Positions 53,433-63,219 of a DNA stretch of 64,000 bases are shown here, piece after piece. The notes beneath the pieces are model-generated. The model saw nothing but the letters and a program-made list of their open reading frames with translations, was not told where the DNA came from and searched no databases. Each line of letters begins with the position of its first letter. Positions within the stretch are counted from its first letter, which is position 1. This DNA comes from an uncultured virus (IMG/VR IMGVR_UViG_3300032167_000064) (Duplodnaviria > Heunggongvirae > Uroviricota > Caudoviricetes): the IMG/VR virus record IMGVR_UViG_3300032167_000064, positions 1 to 64,000 of that record, one strand, 5' to 3'. The translations under genes and the position numbers were made by a program.

Positions 53433-54005
53433 ATGAAAAATATATTCAGAAAAAAGAAAAATGGAAAGATTTATAATACTGATTTTGGTCTTGATAAAAT
53501 TCTTATATATGATTCAGATAAGGCATCTGAATTTAACAGAGATAAACATTATTTTGAATCTTGGGGTTATAAAGTTAAGAAGATTATTTTATGTGATAAT
53601 GGATCCATTAAATTATTAGCAGTTCTTAAAAAGAAAGTGTTGTATAGATGTCTATTAGATAGTCAGAAAGTTGACCCTCAAGATAGAGTTAGACCTTATG
53701 GTGGAACACATCCTGATTATTGTGTATATTATAAAGATGGAGTATGTACATGTGTCAATCCAAAACATTGTTTATATCAGGAAACTAGTCATCATGTTTC
53801 AATTATTAAAGATATGGTACAAAGATATGAAGACCATACAAAAAATGATATTGATTTTTATAATAAAGATCGTACATATTATGAAGATACAAAATTGGGA
53901 AGAATCTTTTCTGAACAATATGATCATCTTAATGCTAAAGATAATGAGGATAAGAAGCAATTTGTATATCGTAGAGGTGTATATAGAAATGATAGAAGAT
54001 GCTAG
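53433..54005 (+). CDS. Hypothetical protein
   Basis: SD aaggag. Confidence 0.6.
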   Translation: MKNIFRKKKNGKIYNTDFGLDKILIYDSDKASEFNRDKHYFESWGYKVKKIILCDNGSIKLLAVLKKKVLYRCLLDSQKVDPQDRVRPYGGTHPDYCVYYKDGVCTCVNPKHCLYQETSHHVSIIKDMVQRYEDHTKNDIDFYNKDRTYYEDTKLGRIFSEQYDHLNAKDNEDKKQFVYRRGVYRNDRRC

Positions 54006-54045
54006 TAGAGTGATAAACTCTACTAGCTCTTTTGTTGGTCGTATT

Positions 54046-54495
54046 TTAATATGTTTCTATTGTATTAGGAGAATCAAATTCCATCTGAGCTTCATCCAAT
54101 CCAGATGTTGCATTATCTAATGCATTCTGCATAAACTCGTCCATATCTCCACTAGCATCAATTTGTTCAATCTCATCCTGAGTCATATTATATTTATGAG
54201 TAAGCATCATCATCTTCTCATTATAATCTAATCTGACTTTGGCAGATTCTTCATACATACCCATTCTAAGTTTATACTGATTTTCACTTCCAGCTTTCTT
54301 AGAATACCATACAAGATTAGAACCAAATATACCACCAGTTACAGTAACAACAGTAGCAAGTAAAGTTACATCATACATATTCTGAATATTACCAGAAATA
54401 TATAACCAAAATACTAATGCAATTACAGATATGAAAATGAGTGCACTACATAACAACATTCCTTTAGACCAGGTTACTTTTTTCTCATGTTTCAT
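54046..54495 (-). CDS. Two-TM membrane protein (holin-like)
   Basis: Two hydrophobic helices followed by Y.KKA..EN. Confidence 0.55.
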   Translation of the reverse strand: MKHEKKVTWSKGMLLCSALIFISVIALVFWLYISGNIQNMYDVTLLATVVTVTGGIFGSNLVWYSKKAGSENQYKLRMGMYEESAKVRLDYNEKMMMLTHKYNMTQDEIEQIDASGDMDEFMQNALDNATSGLDEAQMEFDSPNTIETY

Positions 54496-54581
54496 AAATA
54501 ATACCATCCTTTCCAATATCTTGGGATATTTATTATATTATTTATTAGTTCAAATTTCATATCTGTAGAGTGATTAAACAT

Positions 54582-55205
54582 TTAAGTTGTCATATAAATT
54601 TCTGATATCATCACTTCTACTGTTCTATTTATAGTAGTAAACACTATATGAGGAACATAATCACCAGAAAGATCCTCTATATCAAATTCTAAAATAAAAG
54701 ATCCAGGTACATGACTAGTAGCACATCTATCAAGTTGATCTACTACATTAGGATTCATTTCGCCATCATACTCAATTTTACTATTTTTAATACCAAACAT
54801 TAACCAGTTATCATAATATCCATCATCAAAAGTAGCATATACTACACTCATAACCATTCTCTTATAATTAGATACATTTATTGGAGGTAAAGTTATAAAA
54901 TAACCAGCAGCATCAAAAGAATATTCAGGAGACTCTGCATTCATATGTAAGACTTTCCCATACGATGAATGATTTAAATATTGATAATTCTGATTACCAG
55001 ATGAACTACCTACTGCAAAATTTATCTCCTTGATTTCAGGTTGACCATAAAAATTGTTATTATTAAACATATATTGTTTATTAACTGTATTTCCACTCCA
55101 AACAGTGTTACCGTTAAAATTTACTTTTGATAAACTTCCTATATGAGAACCTTTCCAAATAAGATTAACATTTGTAGGAGAATTATTCTTTATTAATAAC
55201 GCCAT
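54582..55205 (-). CDS. Fibre partner / receptor-binding subunit following C9
   Basis: SD ggaggagg; KVNFNGNTVWS motif; beta-rich C-domain resembling C11 tip. Confidence 0.6.
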   Translation of the reverse strand: MALLIKNNSPTNVNLIWKGSHIGSLSKVNFNGNTVWSGNTVNKQYMFNNNNFYGQPEIKEINFAVGSSSGNQNYQYLNHSSYGKVLHMNAESPEYSFDAAGYFITLPPINVSNYKRMVMSVVYATFDDGYYDNWLMFGIKNSKIEYDGEMNPNVVDQLDRCATSHVPGSFILEFDIEDLSGDYVPHIVFTTINRTVEVMISEIYMTT

Positions 55206-55221
55206 AAATAATCCTCCTCCC

Positions 55222-55968
55222 TTAAATATTAATATTTAAAGTATTTGTAGAAGTATCGTAATTGAAACAAGCATCGTCAATCATTCTTCTCCAACCGCTC
55301 CATGTAGAATCGTGTTTATATCTAACATGCATAGTTCTTTGGAATGAATAACATCCCCAAGCAATTTGTACAGCTCTATTTCCTGCAGGAGCTCCTACTG
55401 TAAGAACTTCATACCAAGCTGCATCGGGAAACTGAGGACTGGGTTCGTTGTCAATAGGTGAATTTCTAACTACATAACAGAGTTTATTCCAACATTTATG
55501 TCCTACTGTCATAGAATTAGAAAATATATCTGTAGATGTAGTATTTTCTCTCAAACTATTTACATTACTTGCACTAGATGCATATGTAGCACTAGTAGCA
55601 GAAGTAGCTTTGCTAGCAGTACCTGCACTGGTTGCTGTAGTAGCATATCTTGCACTAGTAGCAGATGTAGCTTTAGTAGATATACCTTTAAATGTATATA
55701 ATTGAGAGTCATCTGAATGTATAGTTCTAGAATAAGGATCAATATGTAATACAGTATTACCTGTTTTTGAATTATCTTTTGGTGCAATGCCAAAAATTCT
55801 AAATACCCCATTATAGTTATCAAGAGATATACCATTCATAGATGAATTGTCATCTGGAGCTTCTAAATCCAATTGTCCACCTTCAGATCCTCCTGTCTGA
55901 GGTTTTATATTTATAAGTCCTCCAAATATACGTCCACCATTAATACCAAATTTCTTAGCTAAATCATT
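55222..55968 (-). CDS. Start-less tail-fibre cassette C9
   Basis: Site at 55959-55969; NDLAKKFG...; KATSATSA repeats; AVQIA...HDSTWSGW knob-like region. Confidence 0.8.
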   Translation of the reverse strand, partial: NDLAKKFGINGGRIFGGLINIKPQTGGSEGGQLDLEAPDDNSSMNGISLDNYNGVFRIFGIAPKDNSKTGNTVLHIDPYSRTIHSDDSQLYTFKGISTKATSATSARYATTATSAGTASKATSATSATYASSASNVNSLRENTTSTDIFSNSMTVGHKCWNKLCYVVRNSPIDNEPSPQFPDAAWYEVLTVGAPAGNRAVQIAWGCYSFQRTMHVRYKHDSTWSGWRRMIDDACFNYDTSTNTLNINI

Positions 55969-56025
55969 AATAATAATTATTCTTCTAGGTTAATATTAAC
56001 CTAGAAGAATAATTTAAGTGTAAAA

Positions 56026-56631
56026 TTAATGAGCAGCTGCAGGTTCAGTAGTCCATCTATAATATATAGTCCAAGTTGTAGTAGAAGATACATCATTACC
56101 ATTTAAATATGCATTATGAAGTGAAAAACTATCTCCAGCATTATTTATTTTAAAATCAGCAAAACCTCCATTAGAAGAATTTTGGAAATATCCAGCTCTT
56201 ATTTTTGTAAGTTCAGGTACAAGAAATTGTTTTCTTTCATTATGATATACATATGGAATATGTACAGAAACAGCAACATTATCATTATTATCTAACTTAG
56301 CAGTTATAATAACCTCATAAATATTAACACCAACACTCATACCTAAAGTTGAACATGTAACTTTGCCGGTAAGTGCCGAAATTTTATTCCATCTATGCAA
56401 ATATCTTGTCATATCATTATTTACATCTATATATCCTAAATTATTATTATCAACATATAATTTGACTTTAGTACATAGATTATTCATACTATCATATTCA
56501 AATGAAACGGCGTTATCGGTTCTACTTGTAGTTACAAATCCTGTGCCGCTATTGCCACCTTTGCATACAGATGATACTAACATTTTTTCTGTATCATTTA
56601 CATAATTTTCAATAGAATCTAAATCATTATT
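56026..56631 (-). CDS. Start-less fibre cassette C10
   Basis: Site at 56619-56629; NNDLDSIENY in frame with ORF 56026..56583. Confidence 0.75.
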   Translation of the reverse strand, partial: NNDLDSIENYVNDTEKMLVSSVCKGGNSGTGFVTTSRTDNAVSFEYDSMNNLCTKVKLYVDNNNLGYIDVNNDMTRYLHRWNKISALTGKVTCSTLGMSVGVNIYEVIITAKLDNNDNVAVSVHIPYVYHNERKQFLVPELTKIRAGYFQNSSNGGFADFKINNAGDSFSLHNAYLNGNDVSSTTTWTIYYRWTTEPAAAH

Positions 56632-56650
56632 AATATTAATAATGATTTAG
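56619..56650. repeat. Perfect 32-bp palindrome (head-to-head cassette sites)
   Basis: CTAAATCATTATT-AATATT-AATAATGATTTAG. Confidence 0.95.
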
Positions 56651-57648
56651 CTGGATATGGTAGTGGTACTAAAGTAGCAGCTAAAGCTACATCTGCTACT
56701 AGTGCTAGATATGCAACAACATCAACAAGTGCTGGATCTGCATCTAAAGCTACTAGTGCTACATCTGCAACATATGCTACTACAGCTACTAATGCTGGTA
56801 CTAGTAACTATGCTAAGAATGCTCCTACTTATCAAGGTGCTACTACTGCAGCAGCTGGTGTAAAAGGATTAGTACCTGCAGCTACTACTGCTACTAAAGA
56901 TAGTTTCTTACGTGGCGATGGTAAATGGGCTACACCTAGTAAAGCTACATCTGCTACTAGTGCTACTTATTCTAGTACTGCTAATTATGCTAAGAATGCT
57001 CCTCAATATAAAGGTGCTACAACAGCTGCAGCAGGAACTAAAGGATTAGTACCTGCAGCTACTACTGCTACTAGAAACTACTTTTTAAGAGGAGATGGTA
57101 TATGGGCTATGCCTTCGGCTTCTGCAGTAGAAGGTAATGTAAGATACAATGAAACTTCAGATAAACTTGAAATATATTATGAAGGAGAATGGATATCAGT
57201 ATTATCTTGTGGTTTACAAACAATAAATTTGATTGGAACAGATTATACTTATCAAGAAGTATCTACAGCAAATCCTACATATTCTTTAACATTTTCAAAT
57301 GGTATTAATTTACAATATAATAGAACTTCACAAGCATGGGGACATTGTTTAGTAAAAAAATCTACATTTGTTGATCTTACTGCATTTGAAAATCTATATG
57401 TTACTTATAGTGGAACATATACTACTAGTACTGATAGTGATTATAATAAAATTGATATTCAATTTTATAATGAATCAGATGTTTGTATTTGGGAACAACG
57501 AATTACAGATAATGGAAAATCAACATTTACAAATGTTACGAAATCATTTGATATTAGTACTTTGCAAGGAAGATGTAGAATATGTTTCAAAGTAAATGCA
57601 AACGGTAGCAATATGACATTAAATGTATCCAGTTTGTATGTAGACTAA
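56638..57648 (+). CDS. Start-less tail-fibre cassette C11
   Basis: Site at 56640-56650; two GLVPAA..FLRGDG.W repeats, in frame with ORF 57109..57648. Confidence 0.8.
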   Translation, partial: NNDLAGYGSGTKVAAKATSATSARYATTSTSAGSASKATSATSATYATTATNAGTSNYAKNAPTYQGATTAAAGVKGLVPAATTATKDSFLRGDGKWATPSKATSATSATYSSTANYAKNAPQYKGATTAAAGTKGLVPAATTATRNYFLRGDGIWAMPSASAVEGNVRYNETSDKLEIYYEGEWISVLSCGLQTINLIGTDYTYQEVSTANPTYSLTFSNGINLQYNRTSQAWGHCLVKKSTFVDLTAFENLYVTYSGTYTTSTDSDYNKIDIQFYNESDVCIWEQRITDNGKSTFTNVTKSFDISTLQGRCRICFKVNANGSNMTLNVSSLYVD

Positions 57649-57666
57649 ACAAATACTCCAGAGGTG

Positions 57667-58923
57667 TTAAACCTCTGGAGTATTATTTTGTCTGAAATAT
57701 CCATGTAAACATTCAAGATTGTATTTTATAGTTTCATTTTCGGGATCTAAACTATATGCAGTTTCTGCATAAAATATAGACTGCATCTTCCAATCGTATC
57801 CTAAATCGCAATAGAAATATGCATTGCTCAATTCAGAATATACTTCTGCTTCCGATTTATATGTATATAGATTAAAATCTTCTACCCAATATTCTTCAGG
57901 ACAATGAATATCAAAAAATTGACTATAATACATAATAGATTTTACTTTGTCTACCTCCCATGCAACTCTAGCAATTTCTCTATAAATTACTCTAGTTCTA
58001 GGAAACTTACCTGTAGCAAATATATCTATACATTTAAGCAATTCATTGTAAGCAATATCCCAATTATTTTTATAGATATAATATAAAGCAATATATCTTC
58101 TTAAACATAATATATATTGATAATCCATATAATTTTCATCAGAAGAATTATCAGTAACTGCAAGTAATCCTAGTTTAGCATATCTATACATTTCTTCCCA
58201 ATCAGAATGTTCATATGCTTCCCAGGCAAGATAAACCAATGTTTTACTTGTTCTATCTCCTCTTTTAAAAGAATTTTTCAATATTTCGTAATAATTTCTT
58301 GGTTTTTCTTTATCCTGAATATGTTTATATCCAATATCACTTGGTAATATTCTCCAATACTTTTCAGATCCTGTTTTTGTAATAATTTCATGAATATCTC
58401 TTGTCCAGTAAAATTCTTTACTATGAACTTTATGATGAACAAAAGATGTAGATTCTATTGAACCATCTGAGGCTATACATTCTACTGACATCTCCATAAC
58501 ATCATAATCATCACTCCAAATTTCTCTTATTTTGTTTATACCACCAGGTTCTATAAATTCATCAAGATCAAGACTAACATAAGCCCAATTATAATAATCA
58601 TGAGGTTGTTTATATAAATCTCTACTTTGATTTATTATACAATTCTGAGCCATTTCTAGACATCTATTTCTTGCCATAGAAAATGAAAATTCATCCTGTA
58701 TATATGACATATATATTACTTTTGTAGAACCAAACATGTTTTGATATTCTTTAATTTTATCAACTGTAGAATCAGTAGATCCTGTGTCTACTAAACATAT
58801 CAAATCAGCATCTTTTACACTAGTAAACCATTTATCAATATTCTTTTCTTCATTCTTACAGATAGTGTATACACATACCTTATTTCTATTATTGTCCATA
58901 TATTTATATTCTTCATTAAACAT
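57667..58923 (-). CDS. GT2 glycosyltransferase with TPR-like C-terminus
   Basis: ICKNEE, VDTGSTDST, LDLDE, IHE. Confidence 0.85.
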   Translation of the reverse strand: MFNEEYKYMDNNRNKVCVYTICKNEEKNIDKWFTSVKDADLICLVDTGSTDSTVDKIKEYQNMFGSTKVIYMSYIQDEFSFSMARNRCLEMAQNCIINQSRDLYKQPHDYYNWAYVSLDLDEFIEPGGINKIREIWSDDYDVMEMSVECIASDGSIESTSFVHHKVHSKEFYWTRDIHEIITKTGSEKYWRILPSDIGYKHIQDKEKPRNYYEILKNSFKRGDRTSKTLVYLAWEAYEHSDWEEMYRYAKLGLLAVTDNSSDENYMDYQYILCLRRYIALYYIYKNNWDIAYNELLKCIDIFATGKFPRTRVIYREIARVAWEVDKVKSIMYYSQFFDIHCPEEYWVEDFNLYTYKSEAEVYSELSNAYFYCDLGYDWKMQSIFYAETAYSLDPENETIKYNLECLHGYFRQNNTPEV

Positions 58924-59013
58924 AATATGGAACCTCCTTGTATATAATTTACTAAAAAGTAGAAAATCTAATATATTACAACTTTAAAATAAAATGAAAT
59001 TAGGAGATTTAGT

Positions 59014-59586
59014 ATGGATAATAAGGTAATATTTTTAGATATAGATGGTGTATTAAATGGGTATAATTTGAGAGTTCATCTAATTACAACTATTATGAGA
59101 AAATGTAGATATATAAGAAAATATGTAGATATTTTTTCTGTGCATATAGTTAAAGTTTTTATCCTTTTTCTTATAGTAAAATTATCAAAATCTGATATAG
59201 TTTTATCTAGTTCTTGGAGAGGTGGATATTGGGCAATACCTTATAACGTTATGAGTAAAAGATGTAAGAAATTGTATATTTTGTTTAAAATATTTCATAT
59301 AAATGTAGTAGGTGCAACAACTTCTAAATATACTGATAGGGGAGCACAAATTATAGATTACCTTGATAAACATAAAGAAATATCTTCTTATGTTGTAATA
59401 GATGATGAAATGTTCGATATCAAAGAATATATTTCTCAAGACAAATTGATTTGTACAAAAGCTAGAAAAAATAGATTAATTAAATTTAAATGTGCTGGTT
59501 GTTATGATGGTGCAGGATTAAAATTACGTCATATTATACCAACTTTGCAAATTTTAAATACAAAAACAATCCCTAGTGAGTTTTAG
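59014..59586 (+). CDS. HAD-superfamily domain protein
   Basis: IFLDIDGVLN, VLSSSWR, YVVIDD. Confidence 0.8.
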   Translation: MDNKVIFLDIDGVLNGYNLRVHLITTIMRKCRYIRKYVDIFSVHIVKVFILFLIVKLSKSDIVLSSSWRGGYWAIPYNVMSKRCKKLYILFKIFHINVVGATTSKYTDRGAQIIDYLDKHKEISSYVVIDDEMFDIKEYISQDKLICTKARKNRLIKFKCAGCYDGAGLKLRHIIPTLQILNTKTIPSEF

Positions 59587-59606
59587 CTCACTAGGGATTA
59601 TCATTT

Positions 59607-61598
59607 TTATTTACCATTTCTCTTTTCTTTTACTCCAAACACACAATAGTGTTCAAAATATGCAGATAAAGTCTTTGATTTGAATGCAATTCTTAAGTCA
59701 GAATAACGATTCTTATAATTGTTGACGTTGAATGTTGCACATCCTATTCTACCTTCGTTCATACCATAATCTACGAAATGCTCAAACAACTTGATAGCAG
59801 TCTTTCCATATACTTTTGCAACGTCAGGATATTTAGTTGCATAATAAGTAGCATCAAATACAGGACTGTAATCAATATTATTTAAATAACACTTACCATT
59901 TGATACTTTGATAGAACCAGCTTTAGATTTACCAGTAGCATTTGTAACAGGTACATTTACAACAGGAGTTGAATTACCTCCCATAGCAGCCTTCATCTTA
60001 TTATAAGAATTAGTACCATATACACCATCTGCAACTAAACCATTAGCTTTCTGGAATTTTTCTACAGCATCTTCTGTTTTTGCACCAAAACTTCCATCAA
60101 CTGTAAGTCCAGCATTAATCACCTTATTAAGGTTCTGCTGAAGTACCTTAACCTGATCGTTCTTCATACCTTTCTTTAAAGTAGGCTGAGCAACTGTAGT
60201 AGAAGTTGTAGATGTGCCAGACTTAAGTTCTAAAAGAACTTTCTCTTCTACCCATCCAGTAATCTGTCCATTAACACCAACTCTTGATTTAGAGTTAGTC
60301 ATTCTTACTCTACCATTTACAACTTCATTACTCCATACATAGAATGTACCTGATTTTTTAACTCCAGTTTTAGCAACAGAAGAACCATAGAAAGTTACAT
60401 TCTGAAGTTTGAAGCTTTCACCAGTCACAATTTCTTTGGAAGAAGGAGCAGGAGCTACAGGTGTTGTAGATTCCTCTTCATCGTCATAATCAATAGGATT
60501 AAGAGGTACATTTACATTACCTTTCATATTAAAGTAATTAAATACACCCTGAGCAATTTCTTTTGCACATTCTCTGCAGAAAGCATCTGATTTCAACAAA
60601 TCAGATTCATTCTTATTAGTCATAAATGCAGCTTCAATTAAGGCAGCAGCTTTTACTCCCATTGCAGTACAGTTACACATAGAAAGAGCCATTCTCTTAA
60701 CTCCTCTGTTTTTCTGTGCAGTTCCCTTAATAAGTTCATTCTGGATACATGTAGCAAGTTTTGCAGAATCTCCAGCTTTGCTATCTACAGCATGGTACAA
60801 AGTTTCCACTCCCTGACCAGTTGTATATTCCTGACCATTTCCATGTGCATTTGCATGAACTGAAATACAGATTTCTGCACCCCATACTTTAATCTGAGCC
60901 TGTCTTGCTGTAAGTGCAACATCTGTATCATCTGTAGCATTTTCATCATCCCAAGCAACCTTTAATGTTTCAATGTTGTTTTTGGTGAGAATCTGATCAA
61001 GATAATATGAGATATATACATTACTGTAGTGCTCACGATATCCATCAGGATGTCTCTTACCAGCAGTATTAGATCCATGACCAGCATCAATAGCTACTCT
61101 GTGAAGAGCAACAGTCTTAGGATCATATTGAGTAAGATTATTTGTAGTAAGAACTCTGTATACATTATCTACATAATTAATAGATGTAGCATATCCTGCA
61201 GCCTTGATTTTTACAAGGTACTGATAAGGATCTGTTTCACCCTTCAACGCTTTATAGTTTGCAATATTGATAAACTGGAAGTAACCTTCTACACATTTTT
61301 CAATACTATCAAATCTGTACCAAGCCGTTGATGTAGGTAATAATGTATAACTACCATCAGCATTCTGTTCTGAACCACCATCTTCAAAGTAACCATTATT
61401 GCAGCTAACTCTATTCTGTCTATATTTCAAGCCAAGAATATTGTTATACAAAGCAGCTTTCTTAGATGTACCATATCCTGACTCAAGACATGCCTGAGCA
61501 ATAATAGGCGAATGAACTAAGATACCATACTTGGGTGCATATTTTTGCACACATCTAGCTACTTCTTTGATGAATTCACTTTTAGACATAACAGCCAT
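59607..61598 (-). CDS. Multidomain lysin: GH73 glucosaminidase + amidase_3 + PG-binding
   Basis: AQACLESGYG, GYATS..Y; IDAGHG, ISVHANA, LIEAAF; LKKG..LQ.NLN. Confidence 0.9.
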   Translation of the reverse strand: MAVMSKSEFIKEVARCVQKYAPKYGILVHSPIIAQACLESGYGTSKKAALYNNILGLKYRQNRVSCNNGYFEDGGSEQNADGSYTLLPTSTAWYRFDSIEKCVEGYFQFINIANYKALKGETDPYQYLVKIKAAGYATSINYVDNVYRVLTTNNLTQYDPKTVALHRVAIDAGHGSNTAGKRHPDGYREHYSNVYISYYLDQILTKNNIETLKVAWDDENATDDTDVALTARQAQIKVWGAEICISVHANAHGNGQEYTTGQGVETLYHAVDSKAGDSAKLATCIQNELIKGTAQKNRGVKRMALSMCNCTAMGVKAAALIEAAFMTNKNESDLLKSDAFCRECAKEIAQGVFNYFNMKGNVNVPLNPIDYDDEEESTTPVAPAPSSKEIVTGESFKLQNVTFYGSSVAKTGVKKSGTFYVWSNEVVNGRVRMTNSKSRVGVNGQITGWVEEKVLLELKSGTSTTSTTVAQPTLKKGMKNDQVKVLQQNLNKVINAGLTVDGSFGAKTEDAVEKFQKANGLVADGVYGTNSYNKMKAAMGGNSTPVVNVPVTNATGKSKAGSIKVSNGKCYLNNIDYSPVFDATYYATKYPDVAKVYGKTAIKLFEHFVDYGMNEGRIGCATFNVNNYKNRYSDLRIAFKSKTLSAYFEHYCVFGVKEKRNGK

Positions 61599-61719
61599 AA
61601 TTAAAACCTCCTTTTTAGCGTTATTAATATTAGGTGCTATGTAAAAAACAACAAAAAATATATTTTGGAAATAAATGGCAGATAGGATAAAAATCCTATC
61701 TGCCGTTCTTTTCTATATT

Positions 61720-62454
61720 CTATTTATTTTTACGCTCACATAAGATTTCTCTTCTGATGAGATTATAATCATGATTAAAGATAATTTCATAGTATCTATA
61801 AAAAGCCATTGGGTTTTTAACCAGCTCTTTATAGCTGTAATTGACATAATAAAAATCTGCCAATTCGGAATCAGGGATATCATAGCATTTATCAGTCCAA
61901 GTAGTAGTAAGATCTCTTATCTTACTATGATTACCAGTATCATAATCACAAACAACACTTTCTAATATCAATAATGGGTTGTTAGAGTTTTTAGGATCAT
62001 TGTATTCTGCAATGAATCTATTATAAATGTCTTTATTAAACTCAGCATCTTCATAATGCCACAAGCTTCGTCTTAAATAATCACGGCAATAATCAGCTAA
62101 AGAATATGCCGTATGAGTTTTAAAAGACATTCTATGAGCAACTACATACATATGCCTACTTTTATCAATAAGATAGATCATAGCAGCAGTTAATTTGGTT
62201 AATTGAAATTTTTCTTTTTCTCCATTTGGATTAGTAATCTGCACACATTCTCTAAAATAATACCAGATATTATGCAAACATTCTAATTTAACTTTATTTC
62301 TTGTCAACTCATCAAGATTAGGATCATTTGGATCAACGTTAATCAGTGTATGATCATTTAATCTTAGCATGAAGTCATAATTATTAACTCCATTATTTTT
62401 GAGTTGCTCGGATACTCTAAGAAAACTTTCATTAGAAGTTTTAAAATTAACCAT
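61720..62454 (-). CDS. Truncated terminase-large-subunit-like protein
   Basis: L..VDP.DPNL...EC..N.WYYFRE N-terminus; degenerate Walker A (HRMSFKT). Confidence 0.5.
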   Translation of the reverse strand: MVNFKTSNESFLRVSEQLKNNGVNNYDFMLRLNDHTLINVDPNDPNLDELTRNKVKLECLHNIWYYFRECVQITNPNGEKEKFQLTKLTAAMIYLIDKSRHMYVVAHRMSFKTHTAYSLADYCRDYLRRSLWHYEDAEFNKDIYNRFIAEYNDPKNSNNPLLILESVVCDYDTGNHSKIRDLTTTWTDKCYDIPDSELADFYYVNYSYKELVKNPMAFYRYYEIIFNHDYNLIRREILCERKNK

Positions 62455-62518
62455 AGATAACACCTCCTTCTTTGGTTACTTACTAAGATGTATACAAGAG
62501 GTTTCTAATAAGAACTAT

Positions 62519-63181
62519 AATGATTTAGCTGGGTATGGTAATGGTAGCAAAGTAGCAGCTAAAGCTACTAGTGCTACATCAGCAGTATATTCTTCTACTA
62601 CTAACTATGCTAAAGCTAGTGCTGGTGCTACTACTGCATCTAAAGCTACATCTGCTACTAGTGCTACTTATTCTAGTACTGCTAATTATGCTAAAGCTAT
62701 ACCATCTACGATAACTACTAGATTAACAAATCTTGAAACGTCTTTTCAGGATGGCTGTAATACAATAATGCAGGCAGTTACAGCCAAAGGACAAACTCCT
62801 GCATCAAATAGTCCTACTGATATTGCTGCTGCTATAAATGCAATTCCTAATATATCAACAATATATGGAGATATAGTTGCTGGAGTTGGTGGATATAAAT
62901 CAACTAAAATAACAGCTGTCAATGCTGCTCATTTTTGTAATCAGGAATATTTATTAAATAGATCTGATGGGCAATGGGATGTATTAAAAGCTGGAACTTA
63001 TAGAGTTGCAATGTATTCACAGAATTCATATGTTTATTTTTCAGTAAATGGTACACAGACAAATTTAAAGTTTGGTCAACAATATATAGACTTTAATTTA
63101 AAGGTAGGAGATATTGTTTGTTTTTATCGAGATATATCTCAAGCAATGTATTGTTGCGGATATATTTGTTATATAGGATAA
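62519..63181 (+). CDS. Start-less tail-fibre cassette C12
   Basis: Site at 62518-62528; NDLAGYGNGSK; shares a 93-nt block with C8. Confidence 0.8.
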   Translation, partial: NDLAGYGNGSKVAAKATSATSAVYSSTTNYAKASAGATTASKATSATSATYSSTANYAKAIPSTITTRLTNLETSFQDGCNTIMQAVTAKGQTPASNSPTDIAAAINAIPNISTIYGDIVAGVGGYKSTKITAVNAAHFCNQEYLLNRSDGQWDVLKAGTYRVAMYSQNSYVYFSVNGTQTNLKFGQQYIDFNLKVGDIVCFYRDISQAMYCCGYICYIG

Positions 63182-63217
63182 TAATATCGGTAGTCTGATA
63201 AAGACTACCGATATTAT
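63181..63217. terminator. Bidirectional hairpin between convergent C12 and C13
   Basis: 15-bp stem with the same tgataaa loop. Confidence 0.75.
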
Positions 63218-63219
63218 AT

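Noticed and set aside
3527..61965. Many short overlapping ORFs in the ORF track (for example 3527, 11062, 13604, 30090, 36733, 46439, 47202, 55560)
   Set aside because: Shadow or antisense frames of longer genes, with biased composition and no SD.
62399..62518. TTG start extending C12 to 260 aa
   Set aside because: Overlaps the divergent gene's start and SD and has no SD of its own; fibre-like sequence begins only at the site.
47411..62827. 93-nt near-identical pair as DGR template/variable repeat
   Set aside because: Only one difference, both copies mid-cassette, and no reverse transcriptase in the window.
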